Shown here piece after piece: positions 49,301-61,300 of a DNA stretch of 64,000 nt. The notes beneath the pieces were generated by a model. That model worked only from the letters and a program-made list of their open reading frames with translations, did no database searches and was not told where the DNA came from. The stretch is taken from NCBI GenBank assembly GCA_037131245.1, contig JBAXRK010000012.1, positions 10,690 to 74,689 of the forward strand, given 5' to 3'. The position numbers were made by a program, and so were the translations under genes. The first letter of the stretch is position 1. Every line of letters starts with the position of its first letter. Origin of the DNA: Candidatus Omnitrophota bacterium. Lineage in GTDB: Bacteria > Omnitrophota > Gorgyraeia > Zapsychrales > Fredricksoniimonadaceae.

Positions 49301-52300
49301 CCGGACCGATACACATCGGCCCATCCATCACCCGGCGCTTCATCAGATGCTCGGCCGCGAAAACCCGGCGTAAAAAGAATGGCAATAAACCAAGGGCCGC
49401 CAGGCCCTGTTTTAAGAGATACTCGTGACGGGCTGTGGCCAGGGCGAGGACAGCGCCAGACTTCTCCAACGACCGGCAGCATTCAAGCGCTCCTTCCTTG
49501 ACAATATTCCCCTCCTGCCCCCTGACCAGGGTTTTGTCCAGGTCAAAGATGACCGTCATGCCCACCAGCGGCATGGCTTTGGGCGAAAAACAGCGTGTGT
49601 TATGGTCGAAATGAAGACGGAAGGCATTTTCAGCGGAAGGAGCGGAAAGGAGCGCGTCATATAGCCCGCCGTAGTGACGGCGCCAGGCCAGCTCACTGGC
49701 AAAATGCGCCAGCGCCCAGCGATGCCCATTGATCCAGTCATCCCGGGAAAGCGGCCGCAACGATCGGAAATCACGGATCCGGGCGTTCTCCTGACGGATG
49801 ATCATTTTCTTCGCCGCAGCATCACCGTTAAAATACAAAGCACGGTTCTCATCAAGAACGCCGGGGGCGCGCTGGTCCGATGGGGATGACGTCAGAACCA
49901 CCGTAAAATCCGACTGGCCGGTTTTCTTGTCGCGGCGGGTTACTTTGATACCAGCCGCTTTGACGTTCCCGGAGATCTTCTTTACCAGGATCACCGGCTG
50001 ATCAGGCCGGCCGGTAATGCGCACATGCCTCCCGGACTGCTCGACCTTCGGTGCTTCGCCTTCGTACGTTAGTTCAACCTCCAGCCCGTCAAAAGGCAAC
50101 CACGAACGGTTCTGCGCGCCGATCTCGATCGGCGCGACATTGCGAAAACGCCCCCGGGAATTAATATCCATCTCAAGGCCGCGAGCCAGCGAGATATTGC
50201 CGTCCTTCCTGACAAAAAAGCCGGTCCTGTCGATCTCGAGATAATATTTGTAATCCTTGCCCCAGGCCACCTGGATAAACTCGGCGGCAATATACACGGC
50301 CGTCGAAACGAGAACGAGCGGCATCACGGCATCCAGCCAGCCCATCTTGAAAATACCCACGCCCAGCGAGAATGCCGACGCCCGGATGATCGCCGCGAAC
50401 ACTTTCTCGTAAGTTGTGATCAGATGGTCCATCTCCGGCAGTCCGCGCGCCACCGCTTCGCGGCTGGAGAATGTTTCGCGGACGATCGCTTCCTCCCAAT
50501 GCGTTTCTTCATACGTCGTCGTCACCTTCTCAACAAAGACCAGGAAGACCAACAAAAACAAGGCCACCGGGCCAGAATGTTGGAACAAGAGCGACGCGCC
50601 CCAATGCCCGGCCAGAACATCGCGCGGCAAAAGCGCAATGAACAAAAGCGCCATCACCGCGCGGCCCCAGGCGCAAACATAAAAGGCGCGAAAAATATCA
50701 CGGCTGGCCTGCAGCTTAGCCACCCGTTCGATCCAATGATCGGCCGCGCGCGAACGGGACGGCGCCTGCCCGCGCAGGTCGCGGCTGGCCTTGGTGATCC
50801 GCGCCGCCCGGAAAGCCACCGGGAAAAGAATAATGGGCACGATCAGCAGCAGGATATTATTTGCCATCTCATACTGTCCCAGAATGCCTGTTTTCTGGGC
50901 ATATTCCCAGATCGAGGACAAACCAAGGCCGGCGATAAGAGAATACGACAGATCATGCGTCCAGGAACAATATTCCATGACCTTGTACATCTCGCTGGAG
51001 GCGATGGCCTCGAACTTCCACCAACGCATCGTGGACCAGGACGTTTTCTCGTCCGCGTACTCAACCGCGTCCCCCTGCCCCGCCGCCCGGCGGACCAGGT
51101 TGCGCATGGCGGTATCAGCCAACTCAAGGTCCAGCGGAACGTCCCTGAACTGGACCCGGACCGGATTACGGGGAACGATATGTTCGGTAATAAATTCATC
51201 CGAAAGGCAGCGTCCGCTATCAGGGGAAAAACCATAGCCGGAAACATCGAAATCTCGTCCGCGACGGATAATGCGGATGAGTCCGCCAATGAGGATCTTC
51301 TTTGAGGCGCCAACGCGGTCGAACAAGATGAACGTATCAACGCGCGGGTCGATCCTGCCGCCGGCCAGGCTGCCGTTCACCAGCCGCTGCACATCATTTA
51401 ATCGCGCCACGTCTTTAGCTTCAACATCGCGGCGGGCTTCGTCGAGGAAAGTGCCAATATTAGCGGCATTATCAGCAGAAACGAGGACGTCGTCATACTC
51501 GATCACAGGGCTGGAGCTTTTTTCGATGACAGGCTTCACCGACTCCAATAAGCCGGCCCGGTTGCGCCCCCAACCCAGCAGCATCTCGCGTCCGGCAAAA
51601 AGCAGGCCGATCCCTCCGAGAATGACCGGGGCCAGCGTCACCATCAACCGCGAGACGGTATCCACGATATCGCCGGGGGCATGCGTGCCCGTGGGCGCGC
51701 TGCAGCCGGTCAAAAGAAAAGCGGGGACAGCCAAGAGCAGAAGCGCTTTTAAAACGCGCCCTGCCGGCTTCCAGAGGATAGCGGTCAGATTATCGTTCCA
51801 GAACAACTGTGTTAAAAGAATATGGTGCGCGTCCAGGCCGGCATCCACGGCGCTCACGATCACCCTTAAATGAGCCGGATCAAAACCGTTATAGCAACCG
51901 TCCGTCGACAAAAGGACAAAACTGCCGGGGCCAAGATCAACAAAGAACAGGTCGGGGTCATGGCGCAACGCCGGGAGCATTTCACGATCGCCTAGGGAGC
52001 GCGTAACATTAAGAGCGTGGTAACGGTCTTTACCGGAAATCGGCATCAGGAAATACGACCTGTCAACCATCGCGAGGGCAGCATGCTCAAACACATAAGC
52101 CGCCTCCCTCGGATTATTCATACTATGGAGCCTGTTACGCAGGACATCACCCTGCGCGTCACGGATGACGACCGGAGAATCGCCCAGGAACAGCACATAA
52201 ACACGCGCCTGGTCATCGGGAATATAAGCGACGCTCAATGTGGAGCCAGTACCGGCAATATGGCCGGTCAGCTGTTCAAGATCCGCCACAGACCGTTTCA

Positions 52301-55300
52301 ATGCCGGCAGCACAAACCCTGTTTCAGCCAGCAGGGCTTTCCGAAAAATATCCGGCAACTGTTTCGCCGCCAACGCCGCCACCCGGTCGCCGCCATGGCC
52401 ATCGAGCACCGCCATCAGCCGTCCTCGACCGTGAACGATACCGTCGATCTCCACCCGGATATTGACCGCCCGATCCTGCTGAGATAGGCGGTAGCCTTTT
52501 CTGGTGGCAACAGATACCGACCCCTCACGCCCGGGAAGAACGCCACCCATGGCCTGCACCGTTTCAGGCGTCAGAAAATACGGAGAATTCGCTTCCAGCC
52601 ATGCTTCGACATGCGCGGCGCGCAATGCGACCGGCTGAAGCGCGATCTTTCTAATGAACTTGAAATATTCGCCCCAACCCAGCTCGGCCGATCCCCGTGC
52701 ATTGACCTTGAAGAACAGGTCGATCGCCTTCTGGTTCGTCGCGGCTGTGATATGGGTGAACAACTGCGTGTCCCTGAGGATCAACCGGGACTCCTCACGC
52801 CTGGCCGTGCGGCGCCCTTCTACCCAATCGGCATATTTGGCGTTCGTATGGCCCAATTCATGGAACAAGCGCTCGGCCATGAGCCACATCGACGCCGCCA
52901 GGTTCCCTTCAATACTATCGAGTAAGGCCCGAACGAACGCCTCCTGGAAAATGATCTCGACCCGCCCTTCGGCTTGATCGTAATATCGCGCTGCCGTAAC
53001 CGGCAGATTGGGTGATATCCGCACCCAGATCCCGCGTGTGTTATCTTGACGCAACAGCAACCCCTTAAAATACTCCTTCAGGCCCGGATCCTCGAGGATC
53101 GCGGCTTGTAATTCCAGTAACGAGCAACGGATCATTTGAGCGAATTTCACGCCCTCTGGTGCGTAAGGCGTCAGCCTGATATGCTTCACATTCAACTCAA
53201 GCCAAACGTCGTATTGCGGGTCAAACGACAAGCGGCTATATTCCAGCTGATCTTGCTGCACACCGCCCATCGCCTTGACCTCATCACCGGGATAAGAGCC
53301 ATCCGCCTCACCGCGGTCGACGCCCCGCTCCCTAAGGCCCCGGCTTACCGGGGACATCGCTAACACCCCGCGGCCAGCGAAAAACCATCTGATATTATGC
53401 CGGAAATGCACTCGCTGCCTTTCCGCCAAAGGCATAACCGCAGGGTCAGTGTCTTTAGCAAACTGGAGGATCGCGGCAAAATCGTCCCCGCGATAACCAT
53501 GTTCTGAGGCGAAACTGAGCACCGCGACACGATGGTCGTCTTTATCACCTTCGCGCCGGACCTCTTCAGCGACGGACCTGATGCGGATAAGAGCCAAGGC
53601 CGCGAAAAGCGGAATAAAGAAACCGGCCACGCCCCCGATCCAGGCGGTCAGCCACAGCCCGGAAGATAAAAAGACCAGCGCCGCTACGCCGCCCAGGACC
53701 GCGCCTGCCGCGATCCAGCGCAGCCCGCGCAATTCCATCACCAGGCCCCTCTGCCAGCCCGGGAGCATGGCAGGCACAGCGACGGGGAGCGCGCTGGCGC
53801 CGCTGAACAGATACCCCAGTGCTTCCTCTCCCGAATCAACGATCCGGGCAAGATTAAGATCGCCCTTGGTAATAACACCGGCGGGCTCGAACACATCGCG
53901 CATCGTGTTAAAAAGATCACGCCACGGCTCGCCGATGATCACCACCGGCCGCTGAGTGACCTTCTTTGTTTGCAAGACCACCATCATGTCGAACAAAAGA
54001 AGGATCGTGTGCATCCCACCGGGAAGAAGGACCATGCTCCGCGAGCGGTAATTGGCGAGCAAGCGATACATCGTATAATCCGTGGTGAGCGAGATATTCT
54101 CCGGATACCGGCTGGCCGCGCGGCTTTCATCACCTGTCCAGGGGCGGCTGCCCTCGCCGGGCCAAAGCACCGCCTGGAACAGGTCGGGGCGGGCACCTTC
54201 ATCAATAACGACCTGATAAGCCAGGTCGAAAGCCCGGCCACGGCTGATGACCCGCACCGGGATCCCCAGCGCCACGGTCCCGCGCATCGCCGCTTCCATC
54301 GCCTGCCACTGCGCTTCGGTCCCGGCTTCACCGCCAAAAACCACCGGGCGGCGCATCTCCTCGAACTGCGGGATCCCGTGGCGGATCACGCGCAAGCGTT
54401 CATTCTTCTCGGCCCGCAGATCAGGCTCATACCGGGATGGCATGGACTTGATATTAGCCAGCGCCTGCGGCGCCTCATTGAGGTTCGTCCAAAGAGTAAA
54501 CTCCACGTGATCCATCATGCGGTCAGGCAAACCGATCTCCGACCAGAAACGGTCGAGCGCCTCCACCACCGGACGCCAGAAATCGCCGATGAACTGCACC
54601 CGGTGCCCGCGGATGACCGCTTCCAGGTTCTCTTCCGTCGTCCCGAACCCGCCGGGCAGGGAAATAACGCCCTTGACGAACCGGAACAAGGCTTCCTTGC
54701 GGAAAACAAAATGCCGGAATTCCCAGACGATCTCAGCGAAAGGATTGAGCGGTTCAAAGAAATTCAGCGAAATGCGGACCACCCGGGTACGATCGGATTC
54801 CGGCGCATCTGGTGCCAAGGGGCCACGCTCCTGCGTATAGCCCACCAGCGGACCCTCCATCATCGCCGGGCCGCCGCCGGTCACGATCGTTTCACCCGCG
54901 CGCCTGGTCCAGCGGCCCAGAGCCACACTCGTCTCATACGCGGCCGTGCCGGGCCCCAGGCGGGCGCTGCCAAAATCGCAGATATCGTTCCAGCCATTGC
55001 CCACCCGTTCATAAACTTTGTTCATTTCATCCGTCAGACGGGCGATCAAAGCCCCCATGGTCTCGTAGAAACACCGTGACGTGCCATCATCGACCGCTTC
55101 ACGCCAGCGGGCGAAGGACAGGTCCGGCAGGCGCAGGATCGCTTCCGCGATATCATCGACGACCGGGATCCCCTCGACCGCCGGATTAGGCGAATTGAAC
55201 GAGAACCCGATCCCCTCGGCCGCTTTCACAAAGGCCACGATCTCATGGAAAATGTCCGGGAAAGCCGCTTGCAAGGCCACGTCACTCTCCAGAGCCGCGA

Positions 55301-58300
55301 CATCGCCCCGGAACCAGCCTTTATCACCGCCGGAAAGCGCGCTTTTCTCCGCCGGGAACAATTCCAGGTGGCCTTTGAGCAGAAGATCAAAGATCCTGCC
55401 GCCATCGGTGAACCTCTTCTCCAGGTCGGCGCGTGCGATCATGCCCCTGGCAAAGAAACCCATCAGGCTGGCGGCCCGGTCCATGCTGCCGGGGTGGACC
55501 AGGCGTTCACTGGAGAACGACACCGCTACCGGGATCATCTTGGCAAACAAAGCGCGGACGATCTCGCGGCGCAACGCCGCGGCCTCCTGCCGCTCGGCCG
55601 GTTTCAAGCCGCTGAACACGCTGTCAGCGGGATCCTGCGGATCAGGCTGCAGCACGCGCAAATGCTCAAGGCGATTGGGGCCCATCGCGATGTCCTGGGC
55701 GGCACGTCGCAACAGGCGCAGGTACATCCCCTCGCGCCAGGACTTACCGCTATGGATCGTGGTCTTAAGCCCCATTTTCTGCCGCGCGTAACGGAAAGCC
55801 GGGGCGTATAACCACGGGAACACATACTTATCATTGCCGATGAACGAAATGCCCACAATACGCCGGGCCGCTTTCAGGTCGGCCCCTTCCAGCTCGCCGC
55901 GCAGGCGTTCGAAGGCCATGACCTCGCGCAGGGCCAGCTCCCGCGCGGCGCGGCATTCCACCATGGTACGGCGCAGCACCTCGTCGGGTGTCAGTGAACT
56001 TTTCACCTGCGCCTCGGCGGCGATCCAGGCCATTTCTTCAAAAGCGGAATCAAACTCGGCGACACTCTTATCTTCCCTCAACGCAAAAGAACTTTCATCC
56101 TCGCGGGCAGCCGCGGCGCGCATTTGCGCTTTCAATCCATCGACCGGGAGCATTTGCGCAGCGGCAATGTCGGTGGCGATATCCAACGGTTTCGCCCAAA
56201 CCTGGTACAACTGATCGCGGCGCTGGCCATAAATGACCGCCACCTGAAAGCGGCCTCTCGACCGTTGGACAGCGTCCTCCGCACCCAGGGCCACCGCCTT
56301 GAGCTCATCGAGTTCGTTAACGGTAAGCTCAATATACCCCGCCCCCTGGTCGGCGAACCGCAGCAAGCCCTCACAGATCAGGATACGGTCAATGTCCGGA
56401 TCGCTGTCGACGAGCGCGCGCATGAATTCAAAAGCCCAGCCGAATTCCTTGTGGCCGCGCTCACGGAAACCCTCGAACGTGACCCACCGGCGCAAGGCCC
56501 TGACCGCCGTCTCCGGTGAATACTCCCTGACACCGGGCGTCGCGACGCGCTCATAGAAAATACGGTCCGCCTCTGCCTGGGAGATATCATTGCCGGCATG
56601 ATCGATCTTGTAACGGAAATCTCGGGCATTAAGCTTGCCGGCTTCATAATTCCTGGCCACGCAGGCAAAACGGCGACGGGCTTCACGGGCCTGGCGCGTT
56701 TCGCCATAAAAGAATGGCAGCATATGTTCGGCGTGCCGCAGGCTGGCCGCGTGCACATGGAGCTGTTTAATGGATTTGGAACGAAGGAAATCTCCCAGGA
56801 TCGTTTTCTGGATCACCCGTGACAAGCTCGACCATGCATGATGCCGCAAGTTAGCCAGGCTTTCACTGTGGGAATGCCACGCCCGCCCCAGTTCGGCGAT
56901 CGGGCGGCTGTAAAGATCCTGCCAGAACACATCAAGTTCTTTAAGGGCCGCGGCCCCCTCGAAAGCCCGGCGCGTCAAACGGTCAGCTTCGTCGTGCGAT
57001 ACCCCGGAAACTATTTCAAGATATTCATGATGCTTCAGGACGGCGGCCATATCAGCGGCGGCGCCAGGGCGGCTATTGGCAAAGGCAGCAACCATGGCAC
57101 TTGCCCTGCCGCCTAGAACAACCGACAGGTGCCCGGTCATGGGATGGATCAGCGCCAGGAAAGTCTCAAAACGATACGGCGGCGCGTTCGCCGCGTAAAC
57201 GGCCGTATAAAAATCAACACCCGCAACGCCAGCGTCCTGCAGGGGACGGCAAACCTCAAGGGTGATCGTCCCGGTGCGGATCCCTTCGACCATACTGGCC
57301 ACGGCTTCACGGTCATGATCACCATAAAAACCCGCGCGGCGCCAGACTTCCCCTATACCATGACGGAAGAAGCGTCCGACCTGAGACCAATCAGCGATGT
57401 GAGGATTGTTATCCACGACCATGGCCGTCTTGCCGGTAAAGGGCTGTTCATCATAATACGCCCGACGCGCCAGCAAGTCTCCGACAGAAGAGCCGCCTTC
57501 CCGAATGACCAGGCGGGGGCGGCGTGTTTCCGCGTCCGCGTGCATGCGCACCAGAAGGAGTTGCGGATAATTTAACCAGGCCCCCAGGATCTCGGTCTCG
57601 ACCGTTTCAAAAATGACAATATCGTTAAGATGCCCGCGCGCCGCGTCAGAAATAAAATGCCGGTTCACCAGATCTTGATGAAGCGCCACCCAGAAACGAT
57701 AGATCCCTCCATCCTCCCCCGCCAACATCTCGTCAAATGACTGGAGGCCGGACTGATACAGTTTTTCCCAATCGTGACGGTCACGGAGGTTAAGCTCCCT
57801 GCCGGCAAAAAGGCCTCTCTCCGCCGCCAACTCGGTGAGGATACTTTTGATCAACGTTGATTTGCCGCTGCCGGAAACACCATTGACCACGATAACGATA
57901 GGGCCGGGAACGGATTTCTGACGCTCCAAAGCTCCGGCCAACCAGGAACCGATATTTCTGACACCATCATAGAACGTGAGCGGACACTGCCCCGCGGAAA
58001 GTGGCAAACCAGCCGGTTTCGCGTTACCGACCGCGACCATCTGCCTGAAAAGCTCTTCGATATCGCCCTCAAAACGATCGCGCTCCGCGCGGACCATAAG
58101 GTCCAGGTAGCCGTGCGCGATACCTTGCCGGCCCATCAAACGCAACAAAACATTGATCAAATGCATCTGCCAGGCGTAATCACCATACGTGAAAACCAAA
58201 GGAGCCTCGATCATACCCCGATATAGAGAAGCCAGCACGGCCACCAGCTCTTCAGTGCTGCACCCTTCCCCGGCCAGCCTAAGAAAAAGCCGGACCTGTT

Positions 58301-61300
58301 GGCGGACCATCCGCAACGTTTCCAAAGACCGTTCCTCACGGCCGGCCGGGAAAACACCGGCGTAACGGGCAGCGTCACTCTGCGCCGGTTCGGCAAAGGC
58401 CGTGCGTGACACATACGGCGTCTGTCCATGAAGGCCGAGGACCAGGACGCGGTGTATCTCCTTAAAACGTTCCGCTAAAACATCGTCCCTGTCCAGGTGG
58501 CCGTTAGCCATGTCGGCCACGAGGTTGAGCAACAGCGGGCGCAGAGCGGTTTGATTGTCAAGGTAGTTGTGTTGATTCGGCGTCTTTGGCGCCGGCTCGT
58601 TTTGCGGATCGCGCACCAGCTCCGGCCAAAGGACCTCAGCCGCCTTCTCCCGGCCCGGCAGGCCAGCTAAAAGATAACTGTCAAGTTTCATGCCGCGCTT
58701 GAAAACGAAGGCCTGGATCCCCAGCGCCCGGGCCCCCGCGACATTTTCAGGTTTATCATCAAAGAACGTAATATCCCCGGGACGGGCCCCCGTAGCGTCG
58801 ATCAGTTTCTGATACGCCGCCGGTTGAGGCTTTTCCGCCTTGATCCGGCAGGACATCAGGCAGACATCCGCCATCCGCGCCACAGGAAGGTTCTTCAAGA
58901 CAAAATCCGCGCGCGGACCCGTGATATTACTTAAAATCGCGATTTTATAACCGCGCGCCTTAAGCTCACGCACAACCCCGGTCATCTCGTCGTAAACCTC
59001 AAACCCGCTGGTAAGGGCGCGATAAAAACCGAGCCAACCGGACCAGCGCACCTTTAATTCACGCCGCAACTGCCGCAGATACCGGCCATCGCTGATCTTG
59101 CCGGCCGATGAAAGATGGCGGGCACGGGACGCCTCATACCGATGCAGGATATCGAAAGGTTCCAGACGGCTATGAACGGCAACTTTCTCGGCGAAAACAC
59201 AAAGATCGAAATCAGCCAGAACACTCCCCACATCGAACGCCACCCAGCGGCCTTGCTCGTGGCTGACCGGTCGATCCGGCCTGGCCAGCGCCAGCGCCAG
59301 GCGCAACGCGCCCCGCAGCTTATAACCGCCCCAGCGCACAACATGGGCACTTTGCAGATTCATGATGACCGCGGCGGCGAACGTGACCGCGACGTCCCAT
59401 AGGTTCTCCATATTAACGCGGAGCGCTGCCGGAACGAAATTGGCGATCAGCAATGTCTTGATCGGGGCGACGATAAAACGCATCCCCAGCCCTGCTTTGG
59501 TCTTGGACCATTCCTCGGCGGGATCATAACCAGGCGCCCGCGACAGCTTCCGTCCGGATGAAATCGCCCGGGCATGAATGAAAGACAAGACCAGCCCGAT
59601 GAACAACGGACAACCGGTCCGCCACCCCACGGTAAATAAACGGGCCGGGAACCAGGAAACCAACACGGTACGTATCCGTTCAAAAGCGGTCGCGACAGAC
59701 GATAGGTCGATAAAATTGTAGACCGCGTGGGTCAGGATACCCTGGATCACGCCGACCCCGGCAACGATCAACGTCTGCTTCCAGCGCGGCCGGCGGCCTT
59801 CGAGCATGTACTGGCTCACCGCATCCGTCAGCCCCCACACCAGAACGCCTTTGGCGATATCCGCCCAGATCGACGCGTTGAAAGGCCAGTACCAGGAGGC
59901 CACCGCCTGCCCGCGCGCGGCGTAATACCATTCAAAAGCTCCGGACAATTGCAGAAAAACGATCACGGCCGACGCCATCACGGTCAGTGCCAGGACGTTG
60001 AGGAAACGGACAAAAGAATCCACCAGCTTGAGGCCCGGATTAAAAGCAAAACCAGCCTTGGTGATCACAGGGTTGGCCGCCGCCAGGTCCTGGCGGAGCG
60101 CCGCGTTGAACATGGCCGGCCGCTGGACGAAAAGCATGCTTTTGAACATCCGGCGCGCCTCGACGCCCAGGTCGACCGTTGAGGCTTCCGCGGAATCAAA
60201 AAAGGAGACCGCGATCTCCCTGGTCCGGCACCCAGCCAGAGCCACCAGAAGAAGAATATTGGTATCGACGGCAAAACCTTTTTCTCGGCAACGGGGCGCG
60301 ACCGCGGTGATCAGTTCGCGCTTGAATAACTTAAAGCCGCGCTGGGTATCTTCAATGCCCATCAATGGCGGCAGCAGGACCTGCGTGACCAGATTAAACA
60401 CCTTGCTCGAGAGGATGCGACGGACCGGCAAACCGCTCGCCTCCCCATCGGCGCTCCAGCGGGAACCAATAGCCGCCTCGGCAGATCCATCCAGTAACGG
60501 TTTTAAAAGCAGGGGCGTCTGACGCAGGTCGATCGAAATATCAACATCGGTATAGCCGACAAAATCTGTCCCTTGATCGCGGGCAGCTGACTCAAGTCCG
60601 AGCAATGTCGCGCCCCCCTTGCGGCTGCCGATCTCTTTCTTGAGCGCAGGGGTCATGGCCAGCGTCGTCACTTTATCGGCCGGGAAGCCTTCATGGCCGG
60701 CGCGCAGGTCCGCCCAGAGCGCCTCAACGCATTTAGCGGAAGCAGCGTCCGGCGACCCGTCATCGACGAACAGCAAGCGCCAGTCAAACAAAGGATTCGC
60801 CTGCCGCAACTGCTCAAGCTGGGCCACTTTCACGCGCAGGGCATCTTCTCCCAACGGATTACCGGCGGTCTTCGGGTTAAGGCGGCGCATTTCGTTATAC
60901 ATCGGCACAACCCAGGTTACGCGCACCGGGTGGTCGATCTGCCGGACCAGGGCCAAAGCTTCAGAGATCTTCGCTGTTTCCCGGCGGCTGCGTCCTTCCG
61001 ATGACAGGGCCAGGGACACGGAGGGGCGGGCAACAGACTGACGCAGAAGATCATGCTCACAGCGGCTAAGCACTTCCATCCTGGTGATGATCGCTCTTAA
61101 ACGTTCCAGCATGTCGGCGGGATGATCCCGGAGCACGCGAGCCAGGCGGATCGCCTGCCGGTACAACCCGCGGACTTCCGCGTTACGCAGGAACTCCGAG
61201 CGGATCCCGCGCCTGTCATCTTGCGCCAGCGTGACCATCGGGAACACATCAATACCTCCGTCACTGCCCAGGAAGATCCATTCTGGCGCGCCGGAAGCAT

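Noticed and set aside
40596-53786. Junction modules as inteins (they contain H-x-x-H-N / NN motifs)
   Set aside because: No N-terminal Cys/Ser splice-junction block and no TxxH block B are present. The residue following the HN or NN is not Cys/Ser/Thr (it is L, I, F or T followed by further module sequence). The modules are too short and hydrophobic.
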